Virus record (IMG/VR): IMGVR_UViG_3300025030_000071 | Coordinates: 1-64,000 of that record | DNA from: a virus | Reading direction: 5' to 3' (one strand) | DNA length: 64,000 nucleotides | In this document: piece after piece, positions 47,401-57,219 of the stretch | Layout of the letters: every line of letters starts with the position of its first letter | How positions within the stretch are numbered: the first letter of the stretch is position 1 | Translations under genes and position numbers: made by a program | Notes under the pieces: generated by a model | What the model saw: only the letters and a program-made list of their open reading frames with translations | The model's database searches: none | What the model was told of the DNA's origin: nothing

Positions 47401-50197
47401 TATTGCCTCACAACTAGAAGGGTTCAAGGAGAAAGGAGATCTAAGTACTAAAGGCTTAGCAATTAGAGAATTGCTCTGGAAGGACCAGCAAGTAACTGCT
47501 GAGATGCTGGACCAGGCCATCCAACAATTCCAAACCCTTGGTAGCCGGAGTCGCAAAAATGCGGATATCGCTTTTGACCAAATGGTAAAAGGCGAAATGA
47601 AGGTTGGCCCTATGGCCAATCTGGACCCCAAACAAATTAGAGAACTTATCATCAGAGGAGTTGAACCGCAATTACAGCATCAAGTTTACAACCTGCCGGT
47701 AGCAATAGGCGGCAGGTCTACCCTTACAAGTGCTTCTGGCGGCATGGGTTCTATGAGCTTAGCGAATGTTGGCCACATGAGAGAACAAGGCGGGGTAATG
47801 GCCGAATTAGCTGATGAACTTTTAGGCAGACAAACTGGTACCAAATTAGAACAAGCACAAGAAATTGCGAAAAGATTTACTGCTTTCCAGGGAACAATCC
47901 CAGAAGGAATCCAAGCAATTCCATTAGCAGAATTTGCTAACAACTCTGGGGTAGGCAATGACTATATAGAAGGGCTTTTCAGCCCGACCCAGCCAGAACG
48001 AAATGCAGCCTTTGACAAGATTGGTGCTCAGTATGGATTAGACAAACCACAGTCTTTGTACTTTGATATTGGTGGCGGAAAATACATCTATCACCCGAGG
48101 GCCACTAGCCCACAAACTGGCTCTTTTATTACCTCGGAAGGCCAAGCAATCCGGAGTGATCTAGATAAATCATTTGCTGATATTATTAAGGGCCACCAGG
48201 TAAATAGCCCTAGTTTAATAGAAAGTGGAAAAAAGGCTTATGGGGAAGCGATAGTAGAAAGTACTATCGGTCGTGACAAACCACTCATAAAAGCTTACTC
48301 TGGAAAAGTTCTAGGATCTATGCGTGGTCAGGCTCGCCCACAATTATCAGAAGAATTCTTTACTTACTTAAAAGATAAAGGTCTTACTCATAGAGTTGGG
48401 ATTAGAGAAGCAACCTTCCAGTCCATGTCAGCCCAGGCTGGGATGGTCGACCAATACAAAGAAGGTTTGGGGTCATTGCGCAGAGGCGAATATGGCATGG
48501 TCCTAAGTCGAGACCCACAAACAGAACTTTATAGAACAATGGCGGCTCAGGGCTATAGTCTTGACGAAGCAGTGGGAGAGTTCACTGATAAAAGACTAAG
48601 CGGCATGAGCTTAGAAGAAAAACAATTAGAACTGGTTGGGGTAACAGGCGAAGAAAAATATAATAAATTTAGAGAAAATTATTTAGAAAAGAGTAGGAAA
48701 GCACAGGAAGCAGTGGCTCTGGCACGTAAAAAGCTTGCAGATTCGCATCCGAATGCAGACCAAAGACCTTTTGAGAGAAGGGTCGAGAAAGCTGAAAGAA
48801 GATTGGAAAAGTTAGGCAGCTGGGAAGGAGCTATTAGCGAGAAAATAAAGAAGAGCAGATTGGCCGCCTTTGGGAAAGAAGGTGTTTATCTTCCAGAACA
48901 TGTGTTAAAAGGTCTGGGCGCCGACTTCGACGATGACCAAGTAAACCTTTTCTTAGCCAAAGACAAAAATGCACGTCAGCGTTTGTCAGAAAGAGCAGGC
49001 CACCAAAACGATCTTGTTGCAAGTTGGATGGACCAAACAAATAAAGGCATGGCAGATACAGACATTGTGGCGCAGGTAAGAGCAGGCAGAACTGACGAGA
49101 TGATGAGACCTGAACAACTTCTAGCAGAAGAGGATTTCCTTTACAAGGCCAAACACAAAGCCTTATACAGCCAGCTCTATGACCGTCCTGGCGGTATTAT
49201 ATCAGCAGAAGCACTTATGCCTGGAACCCCAGAATGGAAACAAAGAGTAATAGGCGAAATGACAATGGCCCAACTAGAAAAAGGTGAGATCGGTTCCATG
49301 TCCAATGCTGTTGACTTTGTTAGAACATCTTTAAGAGCTAAGACTTCTTCAGATAAAGCTTCAGGAAAATTGTTTACTGAAATGCTATTAGGCATCATGC
49401 CAGAGTTACCCCTAAAGGGCAAACAGTACGGCGCCCAGGGCATCGAAGAAGCAAAAATCCATATCCTTAACTTAAGAAATATCTTGTCTGGCAGAGCGCC
49501 AATTTCTACTAGCCCTCAGGCACTTTCAGAAAGCTTTCAGGCTTCATTCAAGAGCATCATGGGGAGCCATCCAGTTGTTGAAGATATGATGAAATTTGTT
49601 CCCGATGTGATAGCTGAGGTTAAAGCTGGCAGCCGTGGAGAAAACGTTTTTACAAGAATGCTTAAATCTAGACAAGCGGCAGAAGTAAACTTAGACCATT
49701 TAATGAAACTGGCCATGGACCCAACCGTGCCATCTCCACAAGGAGAACTGATAAGGGAAGCAGCTGGCCAAGCTCCAAGCAAAACAGGTGAAGCTGGAAG
49801 ACATATTAAGAATGCAAGAGAATCTTTTAGTGATGTTTATAACATAATGAAGAAAAATAAAGGTCCTTTGCTTATTGGTGCCGCTGCCGCAGTCGGTGTC
49901 TCAATGTTATTGGGAAGTCCAGGGCATATCTCAGAAGAGGAAGCTAACGCTGCCGGCGCCAGGCACCAGCCATCTGGAGACCCATCAATCCCACCAATTG
50001 AATCAGGGAACTTTGCAAGAGTATCTCCTAGCTCTGGTGGTTCAATCAGAATTCGTGGAACAGCAGATAGTTCAGTAAGTCAGCAAAGTGTATTATCAAT
50101 GCTTCAGTCAAAGTATCCTGGAGCTGATGTTTCATATAATATTAATGATTATAGTTCATCAATCAACGAAGAGTACTTACGTAGAAGGGTAGGATAA
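44474..50197 (+). CDS. Putative single-chain two-barrel (DPBB) virion RNA polymerase at the tape-measure locus
   Basis: Beta-like ANDDILF..SPSEILG..RTLGDTEKLFGNKKVI, then beta'-like GKVLGSMRG..RVGI..LSRDP..LGADFDDDQV..GEIGSMSN. Hydrophobic helices at both termini. Confidence 0.7.
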   Translation: MGNSSDSFWGEYVAPAALLTGAGITGYRTFQQVSAGRISAPWRQQKEQKDLLQKLKSARANRYEISATDLADALDFDTSRYKGFNIFTKNRSKIEPAFKTAKELTVKSLLRSFNLSSYAQTELKVNLENLGDISAANLRHLIGLSPSHKQHVERVARSTGLLHLVDIPGADTATGQSLEKRAKLAYKQLITGHEGLIDRTAPDLGAFMEEHNISSEIQKHRRIKQIQMDSPEVIAAYFEEYGFGKREDLIAKTHRLFQAAKGKGLKTQLILLKEGARTELSQVRISSGKAFQDIPIQQANGRIRLGALSPTEYVARQALNPGEMRSYLAGNKGTKISMGADEFLMDYFTENMDDLVEGDKYKRFVRSHIQVGREDMGRLLIPTVANEGLNVKRVYEMAAKGFGASADELSSLRKMLAERNNYDPVAGLGPNQVTNDVFTLPHPSGRIAGSLPVGYSADSRTTAQRSRPFKILNEGRGASTKFVGMLEEQSGDQMLRMRTAAIPEEHLNALLAGSSRPELRANDDILFLLDRNIRYGESRTIRLGKSNLQSAKLEELLQNETLRRHAFGEGIQARISFLEGLGGDTITAEQKAERDLLEQARRISPSEILGESSKGGFQKGPKSGNFLLDKILEDPKTGELALAGMDERTLGDTEKLFGNKKVIQMVPARTEFRGLATIYEMAKGSSDILPIMALPEGPERAAALKDFYGKYMDAFRRSYGKAIKSNNGFTYRIDPNTGSTHHITVEEIIRGTPEFRDFELGPPTEPEVLRRAPIEEALRRTRGVQAVESQGIKKIGEKSLDTITTAMLAELSERHQGIVREADTAAAHLAGSSGLGGDYSDWQRAYSEGGAEKARFGHALRSGIKGEELAAARAGMKRAKWLSSETARLDPSVQGSQFTIGQYQKERRDIEGFFAEVGITPGKDNIYRYQDALTTLRDPRSTQNVTNLFDKALGLTRDIGMRNKLSLWSTSQLFADIASQLEGFKEKGDLSTKGLAIRELLWKDQQVTAEMLDQAIQQFQTLGSRSRKNADIAFDQMVKGEMKVGPMANLDPKQIRELIIRGVEPQLQHQVYNLPVAIGGRSTLTSASGGMGSMSLANVGHMREQGGVMAELADELLGRQTGTKLEQAQEIAKRFTAFQGTIPEGIQAIPLAEFANNSGVGNDYIEGLFSPTQPERNAAFDKIGAQYGLDKPQSLYFDIGGGKYIYHPRATSPQTGSFITSEGQAIRSDLDKSFADIIKGHQVNSPSLIESGKKAYGEAIVESTIGRDKPLIKAYSGKVLGSMRGQARPQLSEEFFTYLKDKGLTHRVGIREATFQSMSAQAGMVDQYKEGLGSLRRGEYGMVLSRDPQTELYRTMAAQGYSLDEAVGEFTDKRLSGMSLEEKQLELVGVTGEEKYNKFRENYLEKSRKAQEAVALARKKLADSHPNADQRPFERRVEKAERRLEKLGSWEGAISEKIKKSRLAAFGKEGVYLPEHVLKGLGADFDDDQVNLFLAKDKNARQRLSERAGHQNDLVASWMDQTNKGMADTDIVAQVRAGRTDEMMRPEQLLAEEDFLYKAKHKALYSQLYDRPGGIISAEALMPGTPEWKQRVIGEMTMAQLEKGEIGSMSNAVDFVRTSLRAKTSSDKASGKLFTEMLLGIMPELPLKGKQYGAQGIEEAKIHILNLRNILSGRAPISTSPQALSESFQASFKSIMGSHPVVEDMMKFVPDVIAEVKAGSRGENVFTRMLKSRQAAEVNLDHLMKLAMDPTVPSPQGELIREAAGQAPSKTGEAGRHIKNARESFSDVYNIMKKNKGPLLIGAAAAVGVSMLLGSPGHISEEEANAAGARHQPSGDPSIPPIESGNFARVSPSSGGSIRIRGTADSSVSQQSVLSMLQSKYPGADVSYNINDYSSSINEEYLRRRVG

Positions 50198-53100
50198 TGG
50201 CAGTAGATCAAGATGGCCTATTCAATGACATTGCAAGAGCAGCCCATTTCTATGATGCAGAGAACATAGAATCAGAAACCGTTAGCGAATTAAAAATTGG
50301 CGATCACCCAATCAACTGGGGCGATACTAATTACAAAGAACTTGTTAGCGGTGAATTCAGAATCAATGGGATAGCATTCCCAGTAGACCCCCAGAACATT
50401 TCCATTTGGGAAGAAAACCAGAACTATAAGTATGAAACCCTAAGAACAAGAGAATCTACCAAAGTACGTTCCGGCCATTCATCAATAAACATGAGTGTGC
50501 AGGCAATCTTTGCAGGGAAAACTGTTCTGTTTGGCGACAAGCACCTTCTTCAGACAACAAAGAATGCTCACTTCGCTCTCAACCATACCCTTATGCCAAT
50601 CCTCTATAGTCTTAAAAAGATGCCTCTTTGTTTCTTGGACAACGAATTGCTAAGAACAACCCTGCCTGTTTCCTCAGATGAGAATATTGCTGCTTTCGTA
50701 AAGTCAGTAAACGTCAGTACGGTACAAGGAATGCCAGAAGTCCTTTCAGCCACCTTCCAATTTGTCTGGTATAACCACAGGCCCTTTGCCCCAAGGATCA
50801 AGTTCAGAGAAAACTGGTTAGATAAAACTGGGACAGTTGAGAGGATTGCTGATACTTACAGGGGCATGGCGGTTGATACAGCTCAGACAGTGGTTGGGGC
50901 GTCAAATGCCGTACGCGAGGGAACGGACGGTTATGCCTCGCACGTAGGCCGTGCCGCTTTCATCAAGCAGTATGGGCATCCCAGTATCGCCTTCAATGCA
51001 ACAACAGGATTAACCGCCACAGAAAACATATACAATGCCGCGCCTCTACGTGAATACCTTTGGCCATATGCTTACGAATCAACAAACCCAGCAATCGTAG
51101 CTTTAGGTAATGACCCAGCGATTGCAGCAATGCCTCCTTTTGTCCTTAGCGGATTTGATAGAACAATCAATTTAGATTTTACTATAGTAAAAGCACCAGA
51201 TACTGTTTTCTACAAAGGTGCTGAAAGAAGTATTTTAGAGTTAGGTGAACAAATTGTTCGAGATGACGTTATAAAAGAATACACCTTTGATGATAATGAA
51301 ACCAACTCTGGGTCTGTCCCAGTTGGATATGTCTGGCCATTAAGTCCAAAGGGACGCCTTTCCAGCCACACAGGAGCCCGTACTCTCGACGGTGCAACAG
51401 GAGACCATCAAGGCATTGACATCCATGCGACAAGGGAATCTAAAGTTTTAGCTGTTGCCGATGGCAAAGTTTACTATACCTCGCCTCCGGGTCAGCTCAA
51501 TGATAAGGCTGGTTACTTCATTGAGATCAGCCACAGAGGAGGAGTGTTTTCAAGATACCTTCATCTAACAAGCGTGAATGTGAAGAAAAACGACATAGTA
51601 AGAGCTGGAGACGTTATAGGTCTTGCAGGCAACACGGGTGTCACCAACGTTGGGAGCAGCGGGGATGAAAGGATACATCTCCACTTTGAACTAAGAACAG
51701 GCGGCCCCAAAGGGCCTTATGTACCAGATCCAGAGAAGCTGTTAAAGGGTTCAGGCGAACCCCACCATACAGTTTCAACTACAAACCGTTTGATAACCCG
51801 CTTTGACCCAGCAGATATCCTATCAGTTATAAATAAAGACCTTGAAGACATGCCAGAAGATACTGTTATGTCAAAAATTAATAAATTCATTAGTTCTAAA
51901 ATGGTACAGGGAAGTACCTTGGCGGCTCAGGCAATGCAGGTAGGGGCAGGACCTGCTTTAACTAATTTGGTTTCTGGCAGGCAGGCGCCTCCCCCGGATA
52001 GCGATGCCCAAACCCTCACCACCGCCATAAACAAACTTATATCTGAGGGCTGGCACTTTGAGCGAGACCTGAATACTGGCAAGCCAGCACAGATCCGTTA
52101 CCTAACTCTCTCTGCCAGATCAGACTCTGCTGATATTATTCCTCAAGAAATAAACTTTGGTTTTGGCACTAACCTAGCTATGACCCCTTTACAAGGCCAT
52201 AGATTCCCAACGGTCCAATACGTAGGTGGCCAACAATCAGCTATTACGATAGCGATGAGAGCAGAAGGCAAATACGGTAGAGAGTACATTAGAAAACTAA
52301 AAGACCTAATAGCCTCTACAGAAGAATCAGCTATTCATTTCAGGGAGTTCACAAAATACAGAGGCATTGGAATAACCAACCAATTAATTAACTCAGTTAA
52401 CATCAATGAAGTTATTCTTGAGGATATGACGGTTGATGCCATCCCAGGCAACCCCGAAAGTCTTCAGATAGTATTAAGATTTGTAGACAACTCTAGAGAC
52501 AAGGCCGCACCACCATTCTTGGTGCCTAGAGACGAAGTAAGTCAAGACGATGCAGTCTTAAATGCCTTTGCTTATATCCTTGATCAAGGATGGATCCAAA
52601 TAGCTATAGAAAAAGAAACGGCAAGAATAAGAACTGGTAAAACGCGAGCAGAATATAATCCCTATGCTGTCGGGGCCGGAGTAACGAGTGTGCCGATCCT
52701 TACAGATGAGATAGATGTTTATAAATTAACTCCAGAAACAAGACCGTTACTCCATCCTAATATTGTCCAAAAACAATTGACAAACATTAAAGAGTATATA
52801 CGAACAAAAGAATATGTTGCAAGAGATGGCGGACTTGCCAATAATGCCCCATACAATCTTTACAGCATTGATGAGTACAAGGAACTGTCAGGTGTTTCCA
52901 TGCCATTGGCCTTTAAGGATTATAAATTCACAGAAATTATTTGGAACGCTGCTGACAACACGATCAGAGATCCTGTCTCCAAGGCGGTGCTTACAAACAA
53001 ACTTTTTGAAATTATTGCCATCTTAGGAACTCCACAAAGCGACGGCATCCCACTTGACCCTTACTTTGCGAAATTATTAACCGAGATAGGAAATACAGTT

Positions 53101-55992
53101 AGCTTTGTAAAGGGCAATGGATGTTACCCAGATCTACTATTGCCTCCAAACCCCATTACTGGACTTACAGTAGATACTCTACCAGATTTCTTCTTATACA
53201 ATGAGTCAGATGTTTCTACTGCTAATAGCAACATCTTGCGAATGGTCCATGGCAGTATCGCGGAGATGCCTAAAACCATAGGGTTAAGAGCTGCAATGTC
53301 AGCTATGGAAAATACCTGGGATAACCTAAAAGATTTGTATGGCGAGGGAGATGGCGAAGGGCTTAACCCAGCCAACGAAGGACGAACCGATGAGGATACA
53401 GGAGTTGGGGTCTATTTAAATTATGGGACAAAAACTGGGGCTTCTGGGAACGGCGTATTTAAACACGGTAACGAATCAAGAAACGTCCCCCCAGACTTGA
53501 ATGCTGGCATCCTTTCAATCCAGATTGAAAATGGAGATAAACCAGCTAGGCTACAGACAGATATCAGCTCTCGCTACGACCGAAACGAAACAAATAGAGA
53601 CAAGGCCCTCGATTTTAACTATGCATCTTCACCATACAAAGATATAATCAAAAGCAACCCATCTATAAATGCCCACCAAATGCAGCATGTCTTTCATAAA
53701 GGCGAATATGAACGTTTGTTCAATAATTTTGCTGATAATTATTCAGGTGAACATTTTGCCATTAGAAGAAGTTTTCCAACATTCAAGATTTATTTTGTAG
53801 ATGAGAACGCTGCAATTGGCCAAAACACAGATGACCAAACAATAAACAATCTTATTTATACAATGGCTTTAGATGATTTCTATGGTGTAAATGCTGTTAA
53901 AGAAATACGCATTGTAGAAAACAAAGACATGGCAGCAAGTACTTGCATCATAAGTATATTAGATTTGGATGGGGTTCTTTACAACAGAAAGTTCATGGAT
54001 CCAAGCTCTGAGTTTGGTTCTAGAGATAGCAAAAAGTCAGAAAACAACAACCCATTTGGTAATACAATGATTACTGAAGGGATGAAAGTCGTAGTTAAAT
54101 TAGGACATATGAATGACCCTTACCAATTAAAGACTTGCTTTGTTGGCCAGATAGTTCAGTTTGAAGGCACGGATCTGGTAGAAATAATTTGTCAAAGTTA
54201 TGGGACTGAACTAGTCCAACAAACCTTTGGCAGTAAACCCGCAGAGAATGCCAACTTCTATAATACATATACTGTGGATTTGATCCATGACGTAATGGAT
54301 AGAGAAGAACTCAGGCACTTTGGCCGGTGGGAATTAAAAAACATTGATGCTCTTGGGTTCTATTTAGGTCACGAGAAATTAAGGCCAGATGGACAGACTA
54401 AAACAGTGTGGACTTGGAAGCCCTCAGTGGTAGATGATAATATTTTTGCCCCTCCTGCTGGTTCAGAGGCTGGATGGTGGGATAAGTTTGCAGGTAATCT
54501 AGAGTACGTCCTTTGGAATACAACCATTTGGGATGTACTCAAGGAAATGGAATTGCGTAATCCAGGCCATATCGCCTACCCAGTTCCTTATGGAAATACC
54601 CCCAGCGCAAGAATGACAATGTTCTTTGGCGTACCTGGTATGGAGTATCTTTTTGCTCCAGCAGAAACCCCAAATGAACAGATTAGTGATTTCTATGGGC
54701 AAAATTACAATGATGCTGTAAAGCAGTCAATCATATCTTTAGGGAATCATTGGATCCCACAAGGGATCCAGGCCAGCACGCTAGAGCGCCTTGCATATAA
54801 AAAAGGCATTGAAGATTTAGCAACATTCTTTGAAAGTCCTGGATATGCACAAAGATGGGATTTATCTGCGATGCAAGGGATGACCCTCTGGAGCGCTAGC
54901 GACATAGCCAACCTAACGACTATTGCCCCACATGCCCGAGCTATCGTAAATAAAATTCATCAATTGAAGCCAGGTGCTTCAAACGAAGAGTTCTGGAAAG
55001 CTACTATGATCTTCAACGAAGGTCGAATGAAATCATTTAGAAATTATGAACTTATAACTAGCGTCCATGATATTATAGCAAATGAAATTAGAACCGATCA
55101 TAGAGACACGTACAACAGCATAGAGCTCAGATATACCGATGGATTAACTGCGGTTGATAACGATGTTGATTTTATTGAATTTCAAAACAATGGGAATGTT
55201 GGGACTTTTACTGCCAATCTCGACGACAACATCAAAGAGCACCACATAAGAAGAAATATAGAAAATTGGCCCAATTGTAGCACGCCAGATTTGGCCAGAA
55301 GATATGCTTCCCAATTATTAGCTAACTCGCTAAAGAGAACCTATAAGGGTTATCTTATGATAATGGGGCGTCCTAACCTGAAACCCTATGATTACATTTA
55401 TCTCAATGATGCTTATAGCGACATGTCAGGCCCATTGGAAATTGAAGAAGTAGTTCATACTTTCTCTCAAGAGACAGGCTTTATAACTGAGATAGTTCCC
55501 AACATGATTGTTACAGTTAAAGACGAAGTAAGCCTCATGACGGCCGACATGATGACGAGTTTCTTTGCAGAGACTTGCAAGCATATGGAAAACGAAATTC
55601 GTGCATCTTCGAAAGTTGGATGGGAAGAAGAAACGGTAGCAGCAAAGGGCCTGGGTGCAGGAGTTGTGATCGGCGCAGGCATACTAGCTGTTCCAACTTT
55701 CGCTTCTATATCAGGAATATTATCTGGCTATCTTGCTTACAAATATGTAAAATATTGTCAGACAAGAGAACCTATTGTAATTATTCCCCTCATCAAAGAA
55801 GGTAAGCCCTACGTAACGGGCATCGAGAGCATGGAGTCTGATGGGCTTGTCCTTTCAGATATTTTCGACCCAACAAAAACAGATAAATTTATTGATAGAA
55901 TGGCAAAGAAGAAATGGCGTTACTGGGTAGATGGGATTAAGGATGCTAATGAACTTATCCAAATCGGGTGGGCTAACTGGTTAACACGATGA
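50197..55992 (+). CDS. Baseplate hub/tail-associated protein with M23 peptidase domain
   Basis: M23 motifs WPL..HQGIDI..AVADG..YLHL..HLHFE (~51328-51744). C-terminal hub-like GRPNLKPYD..IEEVVHTFS..GFIT. Confidence 0.8.
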   Translation: MAVDQDGLFNDIARAAHFYDAENIESETVSELKIGDHPINWGDTNYKELVSGEFRINGIAFPVDPQNISIWEENQNYKYETLRTRESTKVRSGHSSINMSVQAIFAGKTVLFGDKHLLQTTKNAHFALNHTLMPILYSLKKMPLCFLDNELLRTTLPVSSDENIAAFVKSVNVSTVQGMPEVLSATFQFVWYNHRPFAPRIKFRENWLDKTGTVERIADTYRGMAVDTAQTVVGASNAVREGTDGYASHVGRAAFIKQYGHPSIAFNATTGLTATENIYNAAPLREYLWPYAYESTNPAIVALGNDPAIAAMPPFVLSGFDRTINLDFTIVKAPDTVFYKGAERSILELGEQIVRDDVIKEYTFDDNETNSGSVPVGYVWPLSPKGRLSSHTGARTLDGATGDHQGIDIHATRESKVLAVADGKVYYTSPPGQLNDKAGYFIEISHRGGVFSRYLHLTSVNVKKNDIVRAGDVIGLAGNTGVTNVGSSGDERIHLHFELRTGGPKGPYVPDPEKLLKGSGEPHHTVSTTNRLITRFDPADILSVINKDLEDMPEDTVMSKINKFISSKMVQGSTLAAQAMQVGAGPALTNLVSGRQAPPPDSDAQTLTTAINKLISEGWHFERDLNTGKPAQIRYLTLSARSDSADIIPQEINFGFGTNLAMTPLQGHRFPTVQYVGGQQSAITIAMRAEGKYGREYIRKLKDLIASTEESAIHFREFTKYRGIGITNQLINSVNINEVILEDMTVDAIPGNPESLQIVLRFVDNSRDKAAPPFLVPRDEVSQDDAVLNAFAYILDQGWIQIAIEKETARIRTGKTRAEYNPYAVGAGVTSVPILTDEIDVYKLTPETRPLLHPNIVQKQLTNIKEYIRTKEYVARDGGLANNAPYNLYSIDEYKELSGVSMPLAFKDYKFTEIIWNAADNTIRDPVSKAVLTNKLFEIIAILGTPQSDGIPLDPYFAKLLTEIGNTVSFVKGNGCYPDLLLPPNPITGLTVDTLPDFFLYNESDVSTANSNILRMVHGSIAEMPKTIGLRAAMSAMENTWDNLKDLYGEGDGEGLNPANEGRTDEDTGVGVYLNYGTKTGASGNGVFKHGNESRNVPPDLNAGILSIQIENGDKPARLQTDISSRYDRNETNRDKALDFNYASSPYKDIIKSNPSINAHQMQHVFHKGEYERLFNNFADNYSGEHFAIRRSFPTFKIYFVDENAAIGQNTDDQTINNLIYTMALDDFYGVNAVKEIRIVENKDMAASTCIISILDLDGVLYNRKFMDPSSEFGSRDSKKSENNNPFGNTMITEGMKVVVKLGHMNDPYQLKTCFVGQIVQFEGTDLVEIICQSYGTELVQQTFGSKPAENANFYNTYTVDLIHDVMDREELRHFGRWELKNIDALGFYLGHEKLRPDGQTKTVWTWKPSVVDDNIFAPPAGSEAGWWDKFAGNLEYVLWNTTIWDVLKEMELRNPGHIAYPVPYGNTPSARMTMFFGVPGMEYLFAPAETPNEQISDFYGQNYNDAVKQSIISLGNHWIPQGIQASTLERLAYKKGIEDLATFFESPGYAQRWDLSAMQGMTLWSASDIANLTTIAPHARAIVNKIHQLKPGASNEEFWKATMIFNEGRMKSFRNYELITSVHDIIANEIRTDHRDTYNSIELRYTDGLTAVDNDVDFIEFQNNGNVGTFTANLDDNIKEHHIRRNIENWPNCSTPDLARRYASQLLANSLKRTYKGYLMIMGRPNLKPYDYIYLNDAYSDMSGPLEIEEVVHTFSQETGFITEIVPNMIVTVKDEVSLMTADMMTSFFAETCKHMENEIRASSKVGWEEETVAAKGLGAGVVIGAGILAVPTFASISGILSGYLAYKYVKYCQTREPIVIIPLIKEGKPYVTGIESMESDGLVLSDIFDPTKTDKFIDRMAKKKWRYWVDGIKDANELIQIGWANWLTR

Positions 55993-56360
55993 TTAAAACT
56001 AAGTTTAAAAAGTCAAATGCAGAGTTTAAGAGCCTACAACAAAATGCTACTTACATCCAACGGGTAAGAATTAAAGAATTTTTTCCAGAAAATAATTCAG
56101 TTACAGTAAGGGTTATTGACAATCAGAGCAGTTTGGATGGATCTACTGTGACGGATCAAATGTCAGGAACCGATTACCAGTTTCCATTGGGTTACAGAGG
56201 AGACGTTTCTGAGTCAATGGCCCCACAGCCAGGAGAGGTTTGCTATCTTATCCATTCAGGCTCCCAATATAAAACAGGCTTTGTGATCTTAGCTTATAGC
56301 CCTGGCGGCGATAGGGCCATGAAATACACCCCGTTAAGAGGAGGCTGGGCTTTAGGATGA
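55989..56360 (+). CDS. Baseplate protein (possible spike OB-fold-like)
   Basis: NSVTVRV..PQPGEVCYL. Directly after the hub, ATGA overlap. Confidence 0.45.
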   Translation: MIKTKFKKSNAEFKSLQQNATYIQRVRIKEFFPENNSVTVRVIDNQSSLDGSTVTDQMSGTDYQFPLGYRGDVSESMAPQPGEVCYLIHSGSQYKTGFVILAYSPGGDRAMKYTPLRGGWALG

Positions 56361-56803
56361 GTGTAAGAGACAAACTCCAGACCAGACTAGACAAGATGGA
56401 AGATCCAGAAAAAGATCTTCAAGATGCTGTCAACAAATTCAGAAATCCTCGAACTGAAAAAACAAAGATCATTAAGGCAGCCTCAGGCAACGCTGCCGCA
56501 ATTGCTGTGTCCCCGAGAGTGATTGACTTATCGGCACCAGAAAGTGCTGAGTCAGGCGAGCCGTTAGGGCTTACCATCATAGGCGGGATGGGTACAGTAG
56601 TTAAAGGCCCAGTTGCTTTTACAGCAACTCCAGGAGAAATGAGGATTGGAGGTATGTGGAAGTTTAACAACCTTTTACTATCAGCTGCACCATCCACAAT
56701 GCTGACCCCCATACCTGTACTTCGTTTCTCCCTCCCTCTTGAAGGCGTAGCTAGATTTGCTAAGAACGCCACGATAATAGCAGCACTTGCAGGAGTCCTA
56801 TAA
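56357..56803 (+). CDS. Hypothetical baseplate-region protein
   Basis: Translationally coupled ORF in the baseplate module. Confidence 0.55.
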   Translation: MSVRDKLQTRLDKMEDPEKDLQDAVNKFRNPRTEKTKIIKAASGNAAAIAVSPRVIDLSAPESAESGEPLGLTIIGGMGTVVKGPVAFTATPGEMRIGGMWKFNNLLLSAAPSTMLTPIPVLRFSLPLEGVARFAKNATIIAALAGVL

Positions 56804-57216
56804 TGAGTCGTTTCGACGCAGCAGACTTATGGTTTACTGAAGAAGGCGATTTAGTATTAGGCGATAATGGCGACCTAAAAGATACCACTTCTGTTTATGG
56901 CCGCTCCCTCTTACAAGAAATAAGAACAAGATTAAAAGCTGATAAGGGCGATTGGAAGCTCCATACAAGCCTAGGCGCCAACCTAACAAGTTACTTAGGT
57001 GAAGCTGCAACCAAAAGATATGTCTCCTTAATCGGAAGAGCAATTGTAGAATCCCTTACTTATGATCGCTTACTTCTTCCAGGAGATTTCGAAATCATTC
57101 CCTTGACATTAGCCAATGGGATTGTCTTATTCAGGCTTGTTGTTAAGACTGCCGAAGGTGAACTGATTGCTAACTTTGGCTATGATAGTGATCGTAGTCG
57201 CTTCATGGGATATTAA
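56803..57216 (+). CDS. gp25/sheath-initiator-like baseplate protein
   Basis: GDLVL..GDL..LQEIRTRL..GDWKLH..LGANL. Precedes a J-like gene. Confidence 0.7.
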   Translation: MSRFDAADLWFTEEGDLVLGDNGDLKDTTSVYGRSLLQEIRTRLKADKGDWKLHTSLGANLTSYLGEAATKRYVSLIGRAIVESLTYDRLLLPGDFEIIPLTLANGIVLFRLVVKTAEGELIANFGYDSDRSRFMGY

Positions 57217-57219
57217 GAC

